Source: Octopus vulgaris (Eukaryota). Taken from it: DNA of 64,000 bases. The notes under the pieces were generated by a model that was not told the DNA's origin, did not search any database, and saw nothing but the letters and a program-made list of their open reading frames with translations. A program made the translations under genes and the position numbers. Positions 60,038 to 64,000 of this stretch are shown here, piece after piece (within the stretch, counting starts at the first letter, position 1; every line of letters begins with the position of its first letter). The DNA is taken from positions 22,692,001 to 22,756,000 of the forward strand of contig OX597827.1 of NCBI GenBank assembly GCA_951406725.2. Direction: 5' to 3'.

Positions 60038-61320
60038 GTGAATGAAATATATGCCCAGGACGAGGGGGCAGCCATCGGCGTTAGTATCGCTGGTGATATG
60101 GCCAACCTTTTCATGGTATGGTGGGACAGAAGGCTTAAAGAACGCCTAACACAGAACTCCATACTCGTAAACATGTACTCTCGCTATGTTGATGATATCA
60201 ACATAGTGGTAAAGGCACCCCCACAAAAGAGTAATGTTGATATAGTAATAGAAACTAATACTATGGAGAGCATCCAGCAAATAGCTAACTCCATCCACCA
60301 GAGTATTAAGGTCACAATAAACTACCCCACTAAACACCCCAACCATAGACTACCAGTACTAGACACTGAACTCTGGCTAGAAATTGTGAATAATAAAACC
60401 CAAATCCTTCATTCATACTATGCCAAACCTATGGCCTCAAAATACTTGATCCACCGGAACTCAGCCATTGCGGACAATGCTAAATTCAATATTTTGATGG
60501 CAGACCTCGTCAGAATAATGAGAAATGTGTCACGCATGTGCGAGCCCACAGAGTTAAAGAGACACATACAATATTTCATTCACCGCATGCAGTTCTCAGG
60601 TTACAGCCATAAAGAAAGGATCAGAGTATACAAAGGAGCCATGAAGAAATTTGATAATATATTATGTAATGATAGGAATGAGATTTGCCCACTCTATAGG
60701 AACAAGCCATGGAACACTATAGAAAGGACAAAAAAGAAAATAGGGAAGGCCAACTCTTGGTATGATAGCCATAAATACCAGAGTGTCATGTTCGTTGACA
60801 CCACCCCTGGAGGTGAACTGGCGTACCGCTTTAGAAGGACCCTAGACAAACTTAAGCTAAGAATTAAGGTTGTTGAAAAGCCAGGCAACCCTATCAAATC
60901 TATAATTGGTAGAACCTATCCTTTTAGTAGAACCCCCTGTACGGATAAGTACTGTACTGTATGTAGATTTAGCCCACAAACAAACTGTAAAGCCAGAAAT
61001 GTAGTCTATAGTATAAGATGTATAGAGGGACGATGCAGTAACAAGACAACGACATACGTAGGGGAAACGGCAAGAAGCATAGGAGGCGGGTAAATGAGCA
61101 TTGGAGACAACTCAAGGAAGATAAAAGCTCATCGATTCTGTACCAACACGCCGAACAGGAATACGGGGGATCAATCAACAATATAGAAATTAAAATATTG
61201 TCCACACATAGAACAGATGCAACAATCAGACAAATTACAGAAGCTACACACATGATAGAAAATAAACCTAGCCTGAATAGAAAACTAGAATGGAGCACTA
61301 GCACACACCACAACATATGA
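60038..61320 (+). pseudogene. PLE reverse transcriptase and GIY-YIG endonuclease, 5'-truncated, one frameshift near 61085
   Basis: Q-x-x-GAAIG, SRYVDDI, LPVLD, YYAKPMAS, MQFSGY, Cys linker CTDKYCTVC, VVY...YVGETARS. The shifted frame continues RVNEH...LYQH...RQITEA...LNRKLEW to TGA at 61320. Confidence 0.9.
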
Positions 61321-61939
61321 CGATAGAGGATCCCGAAAACATAATAAATACACAGATAAATAAACAAATAGAAATAAATAACTATATATATATATATATA
61401 CTGTTTTTTTTTCGATTCGATTTATTATTATTATTACTAGTATTGTTGTTATACATACATACAAGCATATGTAATGATAATAATAAGTGGATGTAAACAC
61501 ATGAACAAAATAAAAATAAACAAAAACAACAACAACAAAAACAAAATACAAATTACATGAACGTATATAAGCAGAAGATACAAATATTACAGGCATCACC
61601 CCACATACACACACTAAATAAACATAGACACACATAGAGATAAAAGCATGTGCAAATGAAGACATACAATAGAAATACAAAATGGCTGACGGTTAGTAAG
61701 GAGAGACACAAATAAGAAAGAAGAAAACAAAGGACCACTGATGCGGTCACAGGAGTGTGACGAAAGAACTGGCCGAAATAAGATTAAGATTAATGTAAAA
61801 AATAAATAAACTGAAGCACACCAAATATATAGTGCGTGTGTTTTTATTGGCTAAACTGACCATTCCGAAATATAACAATACCTATTTCAACACACGACTT
61901 CACGTAAAAAATCTTGCACAACAAATATTTAAACGTATG

Positions 61940-61998
<59 letters not shown>

Positions 61999-62204
61999 GT
62001 TTTTATTATTATTTTGTGATTTACTTAATCATCGGTATATTATTGTTATTTTAATTTTAATATTTCTATTATATGTAATTTTCTAGATGGTGTAATTTAA
62101 TTGTTCATTTTGAAATGGTAAAAGGTGTTTTTTTTTTTCTAATTTTTATCTCTATATAAATATTATGTTTTGTGAAATTTGATTTGGTATTTCTAAATTT
62201 AATT

Positions 62205-62998
62205 GGATCTTATCCTTTTGAACGGCACATGTCAATCCAATTTCTAATTAACTAAACACATTTAAACTTCGTATACTGGTAGAATGTGTTTATAAAACAT
62301 CATTTTTTCTTAGCTTTATTGAGAAAATTCTATAGTTTATAAGATATTTCGTCTGAAATTTCGAGCATTTCGGCAATTTTAACCGAATCGCTGACCTCCA
62401 TTTGGGGTGAAAACATTCCGTGCTGTATGAATATGTCCCTCGTTTAAGAAACAGATTGGGTTTATTTACATTTGCGAAGAAAAAAAGATACCCTTCCCCC
62501 ACCCCTAAACCTAACTCTAACCCTAACTCAAAAATAGATTGAAATGCAATAGATCGTTACTAGGATTATAATTATGGGTGACATTTTCATCTGACACCGC
62601 TAGGAAAAAATCCCATTTTCCGTAGCGGTGTCGTATGAAATTGTCACCCATAATTATAACCCTAGTATCGATCTATTGCATTTCAATCTATTTTAGATTT
62701 AGGGTTAGGGGTGGGGGAAGGGTATCTTTTTTTCTTCACAAATGTAAATAAACCCAATCTGTTTCTTAAACGAGGGATACCGCACGGAATGTTTTCACCC
62801 CAAATGGAGGTCAGCGATTGGTTAAAATTGCCGAAATGCTCGATTTTAAAGTGGATATATGTTACAATATATAGAATTTTCTCAATAAAGCCAAGAAAAA
62901 TGATGTTTTATAAACACATTCTACCAGTATACGAAGTTTAAAAGTGTTTAGTTAACTAGAAATTGTGTTGACATGTGCCGTTCAAAAGGAAAAGATCC
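62205..62998. mobile_element. Fold-back (double-arm) variant of the GGATC-TIR MITE
   Basis: Two ~400-bp arms in inverted orientation, single 8-bp TSD atttaatt. Confidence 0.8.
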
Positions 62999-63046
62999 AT
63001 TTAATTTTTCCCTGTAAGTTAGGAATAATATTCCCTCAAATAATTA

Positions 63047-63082
<36 letters not shown>

Positions 63083-63281
63083 TAATTATTTGAGGAATAT
63101 TATTCTAACTTACAGGGAAAATAAATGGATCTTTCCTTTTGAACGGCACATGTCAACACAATTTCTAGTTAACTAAACACTTTTAAACTTCGTATACTGG
63201 TAGAATGTGTTTATAAAACATCATTTTTTCTTGGCTTTATTGAGAAAATTCTATATATTGTAACATATATCCACTTTAAAA

Positions 63282-63575
63282 GAGTACTCAAATACCAGTG
63301 GTAGAGTAATATGCTTTATTTAAAGCAGCAGAAAATTCAACAAAACCAGTTACTCTGAGTTTCACGTTGCCGTTCATCGGTCAGTTTTTGCTAGAATCTA
63401 GCAAAAACTGTCCGATGAACGGCAACGTGAAACTCAGAGTAACTGGTTTTGTTGAATTTTCTGCTGCTTTTAAATAAAGTATATATATATATATATATAC
63501 AAAAACTGTCCGACGAACGGGAACGTGAAACTCCAAGTAATAGGTTTTGTTGAATTTCTGCTGCTTTTAAATAAA

Positions 63576-63620
<45 letters not shown>

Positions 63621-63914
63621 AAAAGCAGCAGAAATTCAACAAAACCTATTACTTGGAGTTTCACGTTCCCGTTCGTCGGACAGTTTTTGTATATATATAT
63701 ATATATATATATATACTTTATTTAAAAGCAGCAGAAAATTCAACAAAACCAGTTACTCTGAGTTTCACGTTGCCGTTCATCGGTCAGTTTTTGCTAGAAT
63801 CTAGCAAAAACTGTCCGATGAACGGCAACGTGAAACTCAGAGTAACTGGTTTTGTTGAATTTTCTGCTGCTTTAAATAAAGCATATTACTCTACCACTGG
63901 TATTTGAGTACTCT
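63282..63914. repeat. Nested palindrome of six hammerhead-containing units separated by (TA)n
   Basis: Unit AAAACTGT-CCGAYGA-ACG.GSAA.CGT-GAAACTC..AGTA; orientations -,+,+,-,-,+. Confidence 0.85.
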
Positions 63915-63964
63915 TTTTTCCACCTTGTTTCACATTTATGTGTTTACTCCGGTATATATATATA

Positions 63965-64000
63965 CTAGCAGTATCGCCCGGCGTTGCTCGGGTTTGTAAG
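63965..64000 (-). mobile_element. 3' end of a second copy of the 55956 Helitron, running off the window
   Basis: Reverse complement of 56426-56461. Confidence 0.8.

Larger units (their letters stand above)
59516..61880 (+). mobile_element. Penelope-like retroelement (Naiad-like), 5'-truncated, with an inverted partial copy at its 5' end
   Basis: Sense part 60038-61880 encodes RT and GIY-YIG. 59516-60047 is the reverse complement of about 60573-60780 joined to about 61550-61880. There is a hammerhead motif in the repeated 3' region. Confidence 0.9.

Noticed and set aside
60920-61040. Selenoprotein-type Naiad element
   Set aside because: The linker and endonuclease cysteines are encoded by TGT/TGC; there is no in-frame TGA in the retained ORF.

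Overview
Eukaryotic, AT-rich, microsatellite- and SINE-dense DNA. The repeat families look like those of Octopus (coleoid cephalopod); this is inferred from recall, not from a search. Almost all track ORFs are microsatellite noise. The one clear protein-coding gene was assembled by hand: the 3' part of DNAAF9 (C20orf194/Shulin, outer dynein arm assembly factor) on the + strand. It has 24 phase-consistent exons from 3070 to the TAA at 34500 (about 816 aa); the N-terminal exons were not confidently found. Its last intron (33617-34381) has U12 minor-spliceosome signals. The rest is transposon-derived: a Naiad-type Penelope-like retroelement (RT + GIY-YIG) with an inverted partial 5' copy, RTE, CR1 and RLE LINE remnants, Tc1/mariner, hAT, piggyBac-like and Merlin-like MITEs, three Helitron pieces and four SINE families. 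The most striking unexplained layer is about 20 minimal type I hammerhead ribozyme motifs from roughly nine unrelated sequence families. Most sit in fold-back inverted-repeat inserts next to (TA)n. They include a G3:C8 covariant core, a tRNA-headed SINE fused to a hammerhead, and a nested palindrome carrying six hammerheads.
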